This document shows positions 22,775-37,242 of a DNA stretch of 62,905 bases, one piece after another. Each line of letters begins with the position of its first letter. Positions within the stretch are counted from its first letter, which is position 1. The notes under the pieces are model-generated. The model was not told the origin of the DNA, searched no databases, and saw only the letters and a list, made by a program, of their open reading frames with translations. A program made the position numbers and the translations under genes. Origin of the DNA: Octopus bimaculoides (Eukaryota); NCBI RefSeq assembly GCF_001194135.2, contig NC_068999.1, positions 10,260,323 through 10,323,227 of the forward strand, given 5' to 3'.

Positions 22775-24212
22775 TGCCAATGAAATTCACAAGGCATTGG
22801 TCGTTCCGGGGTCATAAGAAAAGATACACGTCCAAGCAGACGATCAGTGGGACTAAACACGAAATCACGTGGTTCCAAAATTATCGTCTTAACCACGCAA
22901 CCATTACTGCTATTCATGCTTCGAATTCGATCCTGCCAGACATAAATTTGCAATCGATCGCCTCGACAATCGATAGAAATAAATTAGTATAAGCGATTGA
23001 TTGGGAAAAGGATTAAAATGTTGCTTTGGGGTGATCTTAAAGGTTGCACAATGGAGCAAAATGGACAGCGTGATGCAGTGGAGTAAATCATTAATGTACA
23101 CGAACCACTAGCGAAAATAGTTGTGCCATGTTGCATAGACGCTCAGTGTCAATGGTAAAGTCAAGGTGGATCATGCAGTTATAGGGGCTAAGATAATTGA
23201 GTAAGATGGGTCTTTTTTTAAAGACAACACGGACACCAATATCTTCTTGTCAAGTATATCTTTGCATGCACGCAAACACGCAAACACATGCCCTAATTAT
23301 GGATTCAGTTCTATTTCTTCCCTTTGGGGCATGCATACAAACTCACACATATATTGTGCATAGACTATATACAATTCATGCGCATGTATCTGTGTATATG
23401 TGTGTACATATGTATGTATGTATGTATGTATGCATATATGTGTGTATGTATGTATGTATGCATATATATATATGTGTATATATATATATATATANNNNNN
23501 NNNNNNNNNNNNNNNNNNNNNNNNNNNNNNNNNNNNNNNNNNNNNNNNNNNNNNNNNNNNNNNNNNNNNNNNNNNNNNNNNNNNNNNNNNNNNNNNNNNN
23601 NNNNNNNNNNNNNNNNNNNNNNNNNNNNNNNNNNNNNNNNNNNNNNNNNNNNNNNNNNNNNNNNNNNNNNNNNNNNNNNNNNNNNNNNNNNNNNNNNNNN
23701 NNNNNNNNNNNNNNNNNNNNNNNNNNNNNNNNNNNNNNNNNNNNNNNNNNNNNNNNNNNNNNNNNNNNNNNNNNNNNNNNNNNNNNNNNNNNNNNNNNNN
23801 NNNNNNNNNNNNNNNNNNNNNNNNNNNNNNNNNNNNNNNNNNNNNNNNNNNNNNNNNNNNNNNNNNNNNNNNNNNNNNNNNNNNNNNNNNNNNNNNNNNN
23901 NNNNNNNNNNNNNNNNNNNNNNNNNNNNNNNNNNNNNNNNNNNNNNNNNNNNNNNNNNNNNNNNNNNNNNNNNNNNNNNNNNNNNNNNNNNNNNNNNNNN
24001 NNNNNNNNNNNNNNNNNNNNNNNNNNNNNNNNNNNNNNNNNNNNNNNNNNNNNNNNNNNNNNNNNNNNNNNNNNNNNNNNNNNNNNNNNNNNNNNNNNNN
24101 NNNNNNNNNNNNNNNNNNNNNNNNNNNNNNNNNNNNNNNNNNNNNNNNNNNNNNNNNNNNNNNNNNNNNNNNNNNNNNNNNNNNNNNNNNNNNNNNNNNN
24201 NNNNNNNNNNNN

Positions 24213-24599
24213 TAAGTAGCTTGCTTACCAACCATATAGTCCCGGGTTCAGTCCCACTGCGTGGCATCTTGGGCAAGTATCTTCTACTATAGCCTCGGGC
24301 CGACCAAAGCCTTGTGAGTGGATTTGGTAGACGGAAACTGAAAGAAGCCTGTCGTATATATGTATATATATATGTATGTGTGTATGTGTTTGTATGTCTG
24401 TGTTTGTCCCCCCAACATCGCTTGACAACCGATGCTGGTGTGTTTATGTCCCCGTAACTTAGCGGTTCGGCAAAAGAGACCGATGGAATAAGTACTAGGC
24501 TTCCAAAGAATAAGTCCTGGGGTCGATTTGCTCTACTAAAGGCGGTGCTCCAGCATGGCGACAGTCAAAAGACTGTAAAAGAGTAAAAGAGTAAAAGAG
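24213..24599 (+). mobile_element. SINE family A, best-preserved copy (extreme 5' end lost in gap)
   Basis: B box GGGTTCAGTCCC, core CATCTTGGGCAAGT, internal TA/TG tract, complete 3' half, tail repeats GTAAAAGA x3. Confidence 0.9.
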
Positions 24600-25058
24600 A
24601 ATGTATTTTACAAAAAAATTACATAAACACACGCGCACACACATACAAACACACACAACCACATATTTATACACGTATTTTTATGCTTTTCACATTTTAT
24701 ACATATATAATCTATGTTTTCAATACAGCACGTGAGAAACATTTGCTCACATACAAATTTACGTATAACTGTGTATGTATACAGTTAAGTATGTATACAT
24801 ACAAGTGTATGTATACATTCACGCAACCACACACGCACGTACACACGCATTGACATAACCACACACGCACACACACACGCTCACACAACCACATTCACTT
24901 ACGCACTCACTTACGCACGCACACACACAGTCACACACACACACACGCACACACAAGCGTGTTTGTGTTTCTGTCTTGTGCAATTTTAGTGTATGCCAGA
25001 AGATGTAGCTACACACACGCGCATGTGTGAAAGAGACAAAATAAGAGATAGAGAGAGT

Positions 25059-25089
<31 letters not shown>

Positions 25090-25204
25090 AATAGAGTGAG
25101 AGATCGTGCAAATGAGAACATATTTTGTCTGTGTGTGTGTGNNNNNNNNNNGAGAGAGAGGAGAGAGAAATAGAGTGAGAGATCGTGCAAATGAGAACAT
25201 ATTT

Positions 25205-25242
<38 letters not shown>

Positions 25243-25969
25243 GAACAGAATTATATTTGAACGTATTAATATAGTTTGCTATGAAGAACGGGTGGTGTTT
25301 CTATCCCCCACTGATGTTCGTCCGTGTATGTGTCTTCATCTATCCCTGCTGATGTGTGTGTGTGTGTGTGTGTGTGCATGTGTGTGTGTGTGTGTGCATG
25401 TGTGTGTGTGTGTGTGCGCGCTCGCTCGCGCGTGTGTGAGTGAACACTAATGAGAGGAAACGAGAGAAATTGAAAGAGAGTCAGACCTATAAATAGACAG
25501 AGAAAGAGGATGAAATTTGTTAAATTGCTGACATATATGTATATATATATATACATATGTGTTTGTGTGCATGTATGTGCGTGTATGTGTGCGTATTATA
25601 CATCCATGCATAGTTGTGTCTATTTAAATGGGATTTATATATATATACATAAGCACACACACACGCATAGATAATCACATGGCTAAATACAGACAGACAG
25701 GTAGAATGGAGCAAGGAGACGTATAGGGAGTGATATATAGATTCATATACAGTTGATTATGTTGTTAAACATGAAATGGATACTCATAAACAAACACACA
25801 CGAAATCTCACATACTCAGACAAATGTAATCTCATCGATAGATCAATAGATAGAACGACAACGGGAGATAGATGGTTAATTTACGATTAAATACACACAC
25901 ACAGACACATATGTATATAGTCGGATGCATGAATGTATAGATAGATAGATAAATAGATAGTTAGATAGT

Positions 25970-26022
<53 letters not shown>

Positions 26023-26372
26023 CAAGCAGGTAGATTGGACAATAATAGTACTTTAGTTTAAAATACTAAAGAAAAATAAATACTAGCCTGTATTGTATTT
26101 GATGCAAACTTGTGGAGGGTTCGCTGAGAAGAGTTTATGAAGAAGACGAATGTGTAAACATGGATATCGGAAAATACTGTAGAGTGAGAAGTAGTGAGCC
26201 AGTGAGCTTGCGTGTGTGAAACTTTTAGCAATTGAGTCAGAGGAGAATTATACAAAGGTCTGCAGCTAGAAAACACATTGAAATGATTTTGTGTATATGC
26301 ATATATATGCGCGTATTTGTGTTTCTATGTGTGAGTGCGATGTGTGTATGTGCGTTTGTGTGTGCGTGTGTA

Positions 26373-26408
<36 letters not shown>

Positions 26409-27595
26409 GGTGGTAATGTTATAATATTATATATATACACATAGACACATATATATATACGCATACACACACAAACANNNNNNNNNNNNNNNNNNNNNNN
26501 NNNNNNNNNNNNNNNNNNNNNNNNNNNNNNNNNNNNNNNNNNNNNNNNNNNNNNNNNNNNNNNNNNNNNNNNNNNNNNNNNNNNNNNNNNNNNNNNNNNN
26601 NNNNNNNNNNNNNNNNNNNNNNNNNNNNNNNNNNNNNNNNNNNNNNNNNNNNNNNNNNNNNNNNNNNNNNNNNNNNNNNNNNNNNNNNNNNNNNNNNNNN
26701 NNNNNNNNNNNNNNNNNNNNNNNNNNNNNNNNNNNNNNNNNNNNNNNNNNNNNNNNNNNNNNNNNNNNNNNNNNNNNNNNNNNNNNNNNNNNNNNNNNNN
26801 NNNNNNNNNNNNNNNNNNNNNNNNNNNNNNNNNNNNNNNNNNNNNNNNNNNNNNNNNNNNNNNNNNNNNNNNNNNNNNNNNNNNNNNNNNNNNNNNNNNN
26901 NNNNNNNNNNNNNNNNNNNNNNNNNNNNNNNNNNNNNNNNNNNNNNNNNNNNNNNNNNNNNNNNNNNNNNNNNNNNNNNNNNNNNNNNNNNNNNNNNNNN
27001 NNNNNNNNNNNNNNNNNNNNNNNNNNNNNNNNNNNNNNNNNNNNNNNNNNNNNNNNNNNNNNNNNNNNNNNNNNNNNNNNNNNNNNNNNNNNNNNNNNNN
27101 NNNNNNNNNNNNNNNNNNNNNNNNNNNNNNNNNNNNNNNNNNNNNNNNNNNNNNNNNNNNNNNNNNNNNNNNNNNNNNNNNNNNNNNNNNNNNNNNNNNN
27201 NNNNNNNNNNNNNNNNNNNNNNNNNNNNNNNNNNNNNNNNNNNNNNNNNNNNNNNNTATATATATATATATGGGAGAATATACAAAAAATAACAACAGAC
27301 GAGGACAGGTGGTGTAAATAACAAAAGTATATATTAGTATGACGCTCATATATATATATGCATGTATTGTGTGTTTAATATATGTATGCATATGTAAGTA
27401 TATGCGTCTATGTATGTGCGTGTGTGTTTTCTGTATGTATGCATACATATGTATATAGTATGCATCCACTTCTATGTATATGTATACATACACACATATA
27501 TATATATTATATACCTATAAATTATACTCACATACATATTTCTAAAGATTTATTATATATTATGTGCTTATGTATATTATGTATTTATGCACATA

Positions 27596-27631
<36 letters not shown>

Positions 27632-27899
27632 CGGAGGTAGGTGGAAGGTTCTCTACAGCTGTTTCGGACGCGTTTTCTATCGATGAATCTTTCGATTACC
27701 TTCTAAAGAAAACATCCTTAAGTGATTAAAAGTTTGTTACAGAGGAAAAATTTCACAATATGTGAATTGACCCTCTCAGTGTGGCATCAGTGTGGAGAGC
27801 AAAATCATACAGAGGTTTACCTAGATGTAACCGGCTATAATATCAGGGATGAATTGAACGGAAAAGGATCATCGCAGTGAGTGACACAACAAACGCCCC

Positions 27900-27935
27900 A
27901 TTTTTAGCCCCATTTCTTAAAATGGGGCTAAAAAT
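27900..27935. repeat. Perfect 16-bp inverted repeat with 4-nt loop
   Basis: ATTTTTAGCCCCATTT ctta AAATGGGGCTAAAAAT. Confidence 0.9.
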
Positions 27936-29027
27936 ATAAACTGAAGATAATTTTCCCTATTTTGAATCGGGAACCAGCATTGGATCGGGAGCAAACATGC
28001 GTAAGTGCACGAGTATATACTTGCATGTACGTGTATATTCATATGAATGGGTGTAAGNNNNNNNNNNNNNNNNNNNNNNNNNNNNNNNNNNNNNNNNNNN
28101 NNNNNNNNNNNNNNNNNNNNNNNNNNNNNNNNNNNNNNNNNNNNNNNNNNNNNNNNNNNNNNNNNNNNNNNNNNNNNNNNNNNNNNNNNNNNNNNNNNNN
28201 NNNNNNNNNNNNNNNNNNNNNNNNNNNNNNNNNNNNNNNNNNNNNNNNNNNNNNNNNNNNNNNNNNNNNNNNNNNNNNNNNNNNNNNNNNNNNNNNNNNN
28301 NNNNNNNNNNNNNNNNNNNNNNNNNNNNNNNNNNNNNNNNNNNNNNNNNNNNNNNNNNNNNNNNNNNNNNNNNNNNNNNNNNNNNNNNNNNNNNNNNNNN
28401 NNNNNNNNNNNNNNNNNNNNNNNNNNNNNNNNNNNNNNNNNNNNNNNNNNNNNNNNNNNNNNNNNNNNNNNNNNNNNNNNNNNNNNNNNNNNNNNNNNNN
28501 NNNNNNNNNNNNNNNNNNNNNNNNNNNNNNNNNNNNNNNNNNNNNNNNNNNNNNNNNNNNNNNNNNNNNNNNNNNNNNNNNNNNNNNNNNNNNNNNNNNN
28601 NNNNNNNNNNNNNNNNNNNNNNNNNNNNNNNNNNNNNNNNNNNNNNNNNNNNNNNNNNNNNNNNNNNNNNNNNNNNNNNNNNNNNNNNNNNNNNNNNNNN
28701 NNNNNNNNNNNNNNNNNNNNNNNNNNNNNNNNNNNNNNNNNNNNNNNNNNNNNNNNNNNNNNNNNNNNNNNNNNNNNNNNNNNNNNNNNNNNNNNNNNNN
28801 NNNNNNNNNNNNNNNNNNNNNNNNNNNNNNNNNNNNNNNNNNNNNNNNNNNNNNNNNNNNNNNNNNNNNNNNNNNNNNNNNNNNNNNNNNNNNNNNNNNN
28901 NNNNNNNNNNNNNNNNNNNNNNNNNNNNNNNNNNNNNNNNNNNNNNNNNNNNNNNNNNNNNNNNNNNNNNNNNNNNNNNNNNNNNNNNNNNNNNNNNNNN
29001 NNNNNNNNNNNNNNNNNNNNNNNNNNN

Positions 29028-29068
<41 letters not shown>

Positions 29069-29691
29069 ATGTATATATACACACACACATATATATATAT
29101 ATATATATGTATATGTAGATGCACACACACACACATACACAGACACATACACATATGTACATGAGCGTACATATGTATGTATGTACGTACATAAAAGTAC
29201 ACACATGTATGTATAAGCATATTTTTTTTTTGTCTGAGTGCATGTGTGTATGTGTGTGTGTGTGTGTGTGCGTGCTAAATGTGAACGCCTGTGTATGTGC
29301 GTGTGTGTATATATATCACTGTGTTAGTGCATGTGCACGCGTTTCCTGTGGATAAGAAGATAATTACTCGGAAACCACATGTTTCCGCGTTCGATATCGC
29401 TACGTACCACATGGACACGTCCTTTCCACTGTAACCTCGTTTTCGCCCAAAATATATGAATGTAATTTTTGCGAAGTGAAGTGTTCATTGCATTTGTTTA
29501 CCAGTGTTAAACCGGTATTGCATCAAATATTATCACCTGGTTGATGAAGATATTTAGATCGATAATATTTTATACACCTATCCATAAAAAAAAAAAAACG
29601 CGGTGGGGGTCGATTTGATCGAGGAAAACCCTCGACGGCCATGCTACAATACGATCTGAGTTTTATGAGTGGTGCCACAAAAGAAGTAATA

Positions 29692-29740
<49 letters not shown>

Positions 29741-30269
29741 NNNNNNNNNNNNNNNNNNNNNNNNNNNNNNNNNNNNNNNNNNNNNNNNNNNNNNNNNNNN
29801 NNNNNNNNNNNNNNNNNNNNNNNNNNNNNNNNNNNNNNNNNNNNNNNNNNNNNNNNNNNNNNNNNNNNNNNNNNNNNNNNNNNNNNNNNNNNNNNNNNNN
29901 NNNNNNNNNNNNNNNNNNNNNNNNNNNNNNNNNNNNNNNNNNNNNNNNNNNNNNNNNNNNNNNNNNNNNNNNNNNNNNNNNNNNNNNNNNNNNNNNNNNN
30001 NNNNNNNNNNNNNNNNNNNNNNNNNNNNNNNNNNNNNNNNNNNNNNNNNNNNNNNNNNNNNNNNNNNNNNNNNNNNNNNNNNNNNNNNNNNNNNNNNNNN
30101 NNNNNNNNNNNNNNNNNNNNNNNNNNNNNNNNNNNNNNNNNNNNNNNNNNNNNNNNNNNNNNNNNNNNNNNNNNNNNNNNNNNNNNNNNNNNNNNNNNNN
30201 NNNNNNNNNNNNNNNNNNNNNNNNNNNNNNNNNNNNNNNNNNNNNNNNNNNNNNNTGTTTATATATCTA

Positions 30270-31020
30270 TAAGAAAGAGAGAGAGACGGAGACAGAAACA
30301 GAGAGGGAAGAAAGAAGCAAGAGAGTACTTGTGAGACAGTGTCATGTTTTGAAATTGAAGATAGTGAGAAGTTATATTTATATGAGAAAAACATAAGAAA
30401 ACGGAGCAATCGAGTGAACGAGAGAAGAAAAGACACGCTGAGAGAGAGAGAGGGGGGGAGAGAGAATGTAAGATATATAGAGTGAGTAAATGAACAAAAA
30501 AGAGGGAGACAAATATGGAAAGAAAGAGAGAGAGAGAGAGTGACTGTGCTTAAATATATGTAAACCGATAGAGAGATTAAAGAAAGGTATATGGCAATAT
30601 TAGAAGTGAGATGGTATAGTTAATTGAAGGGGAAGTTACAGGAAGATTGTAGAGTGATAGACACCGAGAAAGAGAGGTCGTGAGGAGACAGCCAGAGAGA
30701 GAGAGATAGAGTGAGAGAGAGATAGAGAGAAAAAGAAAGAGAACGAAATTGAGAGAGAGAATGAAAGAGATAGAAAGAGATTGAAAGAACGAGAGAGACA
30801 GTTAAGGAACGGGAAGAGAGAACGAGAGAGAAAGAGAGAAGTAAGTTAAGAAGAAACAGGTCAAAATTTGTCTATTTTCGAGAAGGAAAGTGTATAAGAG
30901 TAAGCGAGCGAGAGAAATTAAATGAATGAGGGAGTGAGTGATAGACAGAGAGCAAGGCTGAGAGAAGAGTAGAAAGAATGAGAGATTGAGATGGAGAGAA
31001 ATAGATAAGCAGCTAAGCAA
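30270..31020 (+). repeat. GA-rich polypurine low-complexity tract
   Basis: About 750 bp dominated by GA/GAA/GAGA on the + strand. Confidence 0.85.
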
Positions 31021-31179
31021 TAGTGGGAGTTGTTAGCAGGGAGAGCAACGAAACGAAAACACCTTCCTTGCAAATTTCTCCCTTCCCCTCTTATACTACT
31101 GCCATCACTCCCCTCCTCCTCCTTCCTCTACCACTCTGCACCCACTTCATCTCCCTCCATTCCCCTCCTTACAGCCTAT

Positions 31180-32573
<1,394 letters not shown>

Positions 32574-32841
32574 GACAAAGACACTCGCTCCAGGACCTAT
32601 CACAAGGTATGGAATTCACACTATGTACAGCCCCACCCCCCTCTATACACACAAACACACTCTTGGGGTAGGCCCTAAATGAACTTTTTTTTTTTTTTGG
32701 ATCGCTATTTTCATTTCAGATCCAACAAATACCGTTTTTTCTCTTGTGCATGAAGTACGAGAGCGCGTGAGAAACAAAAATGGTTAACAAGAATTAACCC
32801 ACACAAATAATTAAAAGAATTTTAGGAAATCTTTACTGTAT
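32574..32841 (+). other. Start of SoxB1 3' UTR (truncated by N gap 32842-33606)
   Basis: Unique sequence right after the TAG, with a long U tract (~32686-32698) and one ATTAAA at 32810-32815. The true end may lie in or beyond the gap. Confidence 0.5.
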
Positions 32842-34079
32842 NNNNNNNNNNNNNNNNNNNNNNNNNNNNNNNNNNNNNNNNNNNNNNNNNNNNNNNNNNN
32901 NNNNNNNNNNNNNNNNNNNNNNNNNNNNNNNNNNNNNNNNNNNNNNNNNNNNNNNNNNNNNNNNNNNNNNNNNNNNNNNNNNNNNNNNNNNNNNNNNNNN
33001 NNNNNNNNNNNNNNNNNNNNNNNNNNNNNNNNNNNNNNNNNNNNNNNNNNNNNNNNNNNNNNNNNNNNNNNNNNNNNNNNNNNNNNNNNNNNNNNNNNNN
33101 NNNNNNNNNNNNNNNNNNNNNNNNNNNNNNNNNNNNNNNNNNNNNNNNNNNNNNNNNNNNNNNNNNNNNNNNNNNNNNNNNNNNNNNNNNNNNNNNNNNN
33201 NNNNNNNNNNNNNNNNNNNNNNNNNNNNNNNNNNNNNNNNNNNNNNNNNNNNNNNNNNNNNNNNNNNNNNNNNNNNNNNNNNNNNNNNNNNNNNNNNNNN
33301 NNNNNNNNNNNNNNNNNNNNNNNNNNNNNNNNNNNNNNNNNNNNNNNNNNNNNNNNNNNNNNNNNNNNNNNNNNNNNNNNNNNNNNNNNNNNNNNNNNNN
33401 NNNNNNNNNNNNNNNNNNNNNNNNNNNNNNNNNNNNNNNNNNNNNNNNNNNNNNNNNNNNNNNNNNNNNNNNNNNNNNNNNNNNNNNNNNNNNNNNNNNN
33501 NNNNNNNNNNNNNNNNNNNNNNNNNNNNNNNNNNNNNNNNNNNNNNNNNNNNNNNNNNNNNNNNNNNNNNNNNNNNNNNNNNNNNNNNNNNNNNNNNNNN
33601 NNNNNNAATTATTTATTTCTTATTTATTGTTATTATTTTGATATTCATTGCAAAAGCAAGATCAAGATAAAAGAAAAAAAAAAAATGTACGGGAGAAGAG
33701 AGAATGATAGGGATGAAACAAACCAACGTAAAAAAATCGTAACTTAATGCTAAGAAGCAAAATTATCTCTCCTACAAATATTTATACATACGTACAATAC
33801 CATACATGTATAAGGTACGTATGTATAATATAAAAGTAATATTGCCACGACCAATAACAGTTTCAAACTTCACATACACACACACACACACACCGTACAG
33901 ACCTATAACAGTGCTGATCTCATCAAACTGTTAGGGCAATAATGTTCATTACATTTGGTGAGATTAATATATCTACACCTTCCCGCTCCCTCGTATTTTC
34001 CTGCATCTAAACACAAATATATAAGCATATATACACATTTATGTAGATACATATATGTACATGTATTAACGTGGATTAT

Positions 34080-34201
<122 letters not shown>

Positions 34202-37200
34202 GATGTATGTAAAAATACTTTGTTTTGTTGTTCTAACAAGCAACTGTTAATAGTTTCATGTTAATGCATACTTTTTCGTTAATATGATCATCATAAATAT
34301 GTTTTCTTATGAATAGATTCTTTTCACACACACATATCAGCCCCATATCATCACACGCAATCGTGATCGGTTGCATCGAATTCGTTAATATACTTCTTAT
34401 ATACACCAGTACATATTTTCGGTCTTCATTCAACCCAAATTTATAAATAATCAAAATTTTATATTCAAATTGATAAATTACGATAAACTTCACCTATAGC
34501 AAAACAAATTCAATCACACACACACACACACACAAGCACATTGCGATTTACATGTATATAGATGTTTGATGCATATAGATATCTGTATGTACAGGTAAAC
34601 CTATTGATATACATATATAGTAGCATGTATAAATTATATTACATATGTATATAAAGATGTTTATATCTACCTCTTTACATAATATACACTGTCTATATAG
34701 ATGTTTATATGCACGCACTATATAATATATATACACACACACATATACATACATATATGTTAACTCTTCTCCTAAATATATAATATATATATATATACAT
34801 ATATATAAGCCCTTTTCTCCCAAATCTCCTACGTTTATTTTTTCTTTTATCTTCATTTTGGTTTTAAAGAACCCTATTTATGGATGTTTATAGAGTAATA
34901 ATGAAAAAAGAAGTCTTAGTTGATCTTAATATGATTATACACCTAATTGTAAACACACACACACATACACACACACACGCACACACTCTTAACTCTTTCT
35001 TTCCTTCAAGGCTTTGGCTAAGTGGAACTCGAGTATATTTGGATATGTTGTATCAAACACATACACACACACTCCGCTTTTAACAAATGTAGCATATTGA
35101 ATACTTCCTCCATGGGCGCACACACACTATCTATCTATCTATCTATCTATGTATGAAGTGGTAGCACAGACTTATAAAAATCTTTTAATTATTATTATTA
35201 TTATTATTATTTTTTGTGGGTTGGGGGCCGCATTCGTATTTTAGATCCGGCTGCTTAGTTTGTGCGATCCCACCTGCCTGCTTGCATAAAATCAGTTGAA
35301 AGCAAAGTAGCCGACTACTACAATACCTACCTACCTAACGTATTCTATCTTTCTCTCTCTATCTCTCTCACACACACACTCCTGTGTCTACCGTTTAGAG
35401 CTATATAACACTACCTGCCTGTTTCTTTTTTTCTTTCCCCGCTCTTTCTAATACTACTACTTCTATCATCACAATTACAACTACGTTTCACATTATTCAG
35501 GCAAAAATAACGGAAGTCCTACCAACCTATTTAGAGTGTTGCCTCGCTTACCTATCTTCATTTTCTTTTTTTTCCTTTCTAGCGTTATTACTATTCAACA
35601 TGTACCTTAGCTACGCACATTACTACCTATTCTAACTACTTGTTTTGCCTGCTTACCTGCCAGCCAGCCAGTCAGTTAGTGTGTGTGTGTGTGCGTGCAT
35701 TATATATATGTGTGTGTGTATTTCTCTCAATCGAATATTCTGTCATATGTAGAATGGTAGGAAAGAAATAACAGCGCAAGCATACTGAAGTTTTATTTTG
35801 GCCAGGAACATAAAAAAATCACTAAATATATATCAAAGTTAGTGTTGTTCACCTATACACTCTTTAAATTCTTAAACTAAATGTTTTAACATGGATTTTA
35901 AGACACAAAAGAACGTCAGTTTAAACAGATAATGTCAAAACGAAAGCAAATCAAAAGCGGAAAAAATAATCGGATAAACTTAAATGTAATATATAAGATT
36001 GTAAAACCTAAAAATCACCATTATCATTATTAATATTATTACGATCCAGTGAATGGGTCGAGTTCTAACATTGCGCCAATGTTGGAAGCAATTATTAATT
36101 GCAATTATATATTTCATCATAAGTTAAGGGACGGATACTGGGACAAGAAAAACAAAAAAAAAAAAAAAGAAACCTGGTCAGAGCAATTTGCAATTTTGTG
36201 AAGAAAGCAAGTAGGCAAAATTTATAATGTGGAGTGTGAGTTAAACAAGTAGGACTTTCTCTTCCTCTCTCTCTCTCAACTCGAAATCCAAAGTCGCACA
36301 TAAACTCCGATCTTAATGAACCGACTTGGTCACTGTACGAATTGAAAACGAATTGGAGGAAAAAAAAATAAACAAAACAAAACATTTACCAACAAATTGT
36401 ATGAATTGTGAACCCTGATGAAACAAAATGATCTCCTGTCAAACAAATAAACCAGCTATATATATANNNNNNNNNNNNNNNNNNNNNNNNNNNNNNNNNN
36501 NNNNNNNNNNNNNNNNNNNNNNNNNNNNNNNNNNNNNNNNNNNNNNNNNNNNNNNNNNNNNNNNNNNNNNNNNNNNNNNNNNNNNNNNNNNNNNNNNNNN
36601 NNNNNNNNNNNNNNNNNNNNNNNNNNNNNNNNNNNNNNNNNNNNNNNNNNNNNNNNNNNNNNNNNNNNNNNNNNNNNNNNNNNNNNNNNNNNNNNNNNNN
36701 NNNNNNNNNNNNNNNNNNNNNNNNNNNNNNNNNNNNNNNNNNNNNNNNNNNNNNNNNNNNNNNNNNNNNNNNNNNNNNNNNNNNNNNNNNNNNNNNNNNN
36801 NNNNNNNNNNNNNNNNNNNNNNNNNNNNNNNNNNNNNNNNNNNNNNNNNNNNNNNNNNNNNNNNNNNNNNNNNNNNNNNNNNNNNNNNNNNNNNNNNNNN
36901 NNNNNNNNNNNNNNNNNNNNNNNNNNNNNNNNNNNNNNNNNNNNNNNNNNNNNNNNNNNNNNNNNNNNNNNNNNNNNNNNNNNNNNNNNNNNNNNNNNNN
37001 NNNNNNNNNNNNNNNNNNNNNNNNNNNNNNNNNNNNNNNNNNNNNNNNNNNNNNNNNNNNNNNNNNNNNNNNNNNNNNNNNNNNNNNNNNNNNNNNNNNN
37101 NNNNNNNNNNNNNNNNNNNNNNNNNNNNNNNNNNNNNNNNNNNNNNNNNNNNNNNNNNNNNNNNNNNNNNNNNNNNNNNNNNNNNNNNNNNNNNNNNNNN

Positions 37201-37242
<42 letters not shown>

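Noticed and set aside
27648-27720. - strand GAAACAGCTGTA resembling a palindromic hammerhead stem III
   Set aside because: No CUGANGA core or stem II partner upstream; at best an unrecognisably decayed relic.
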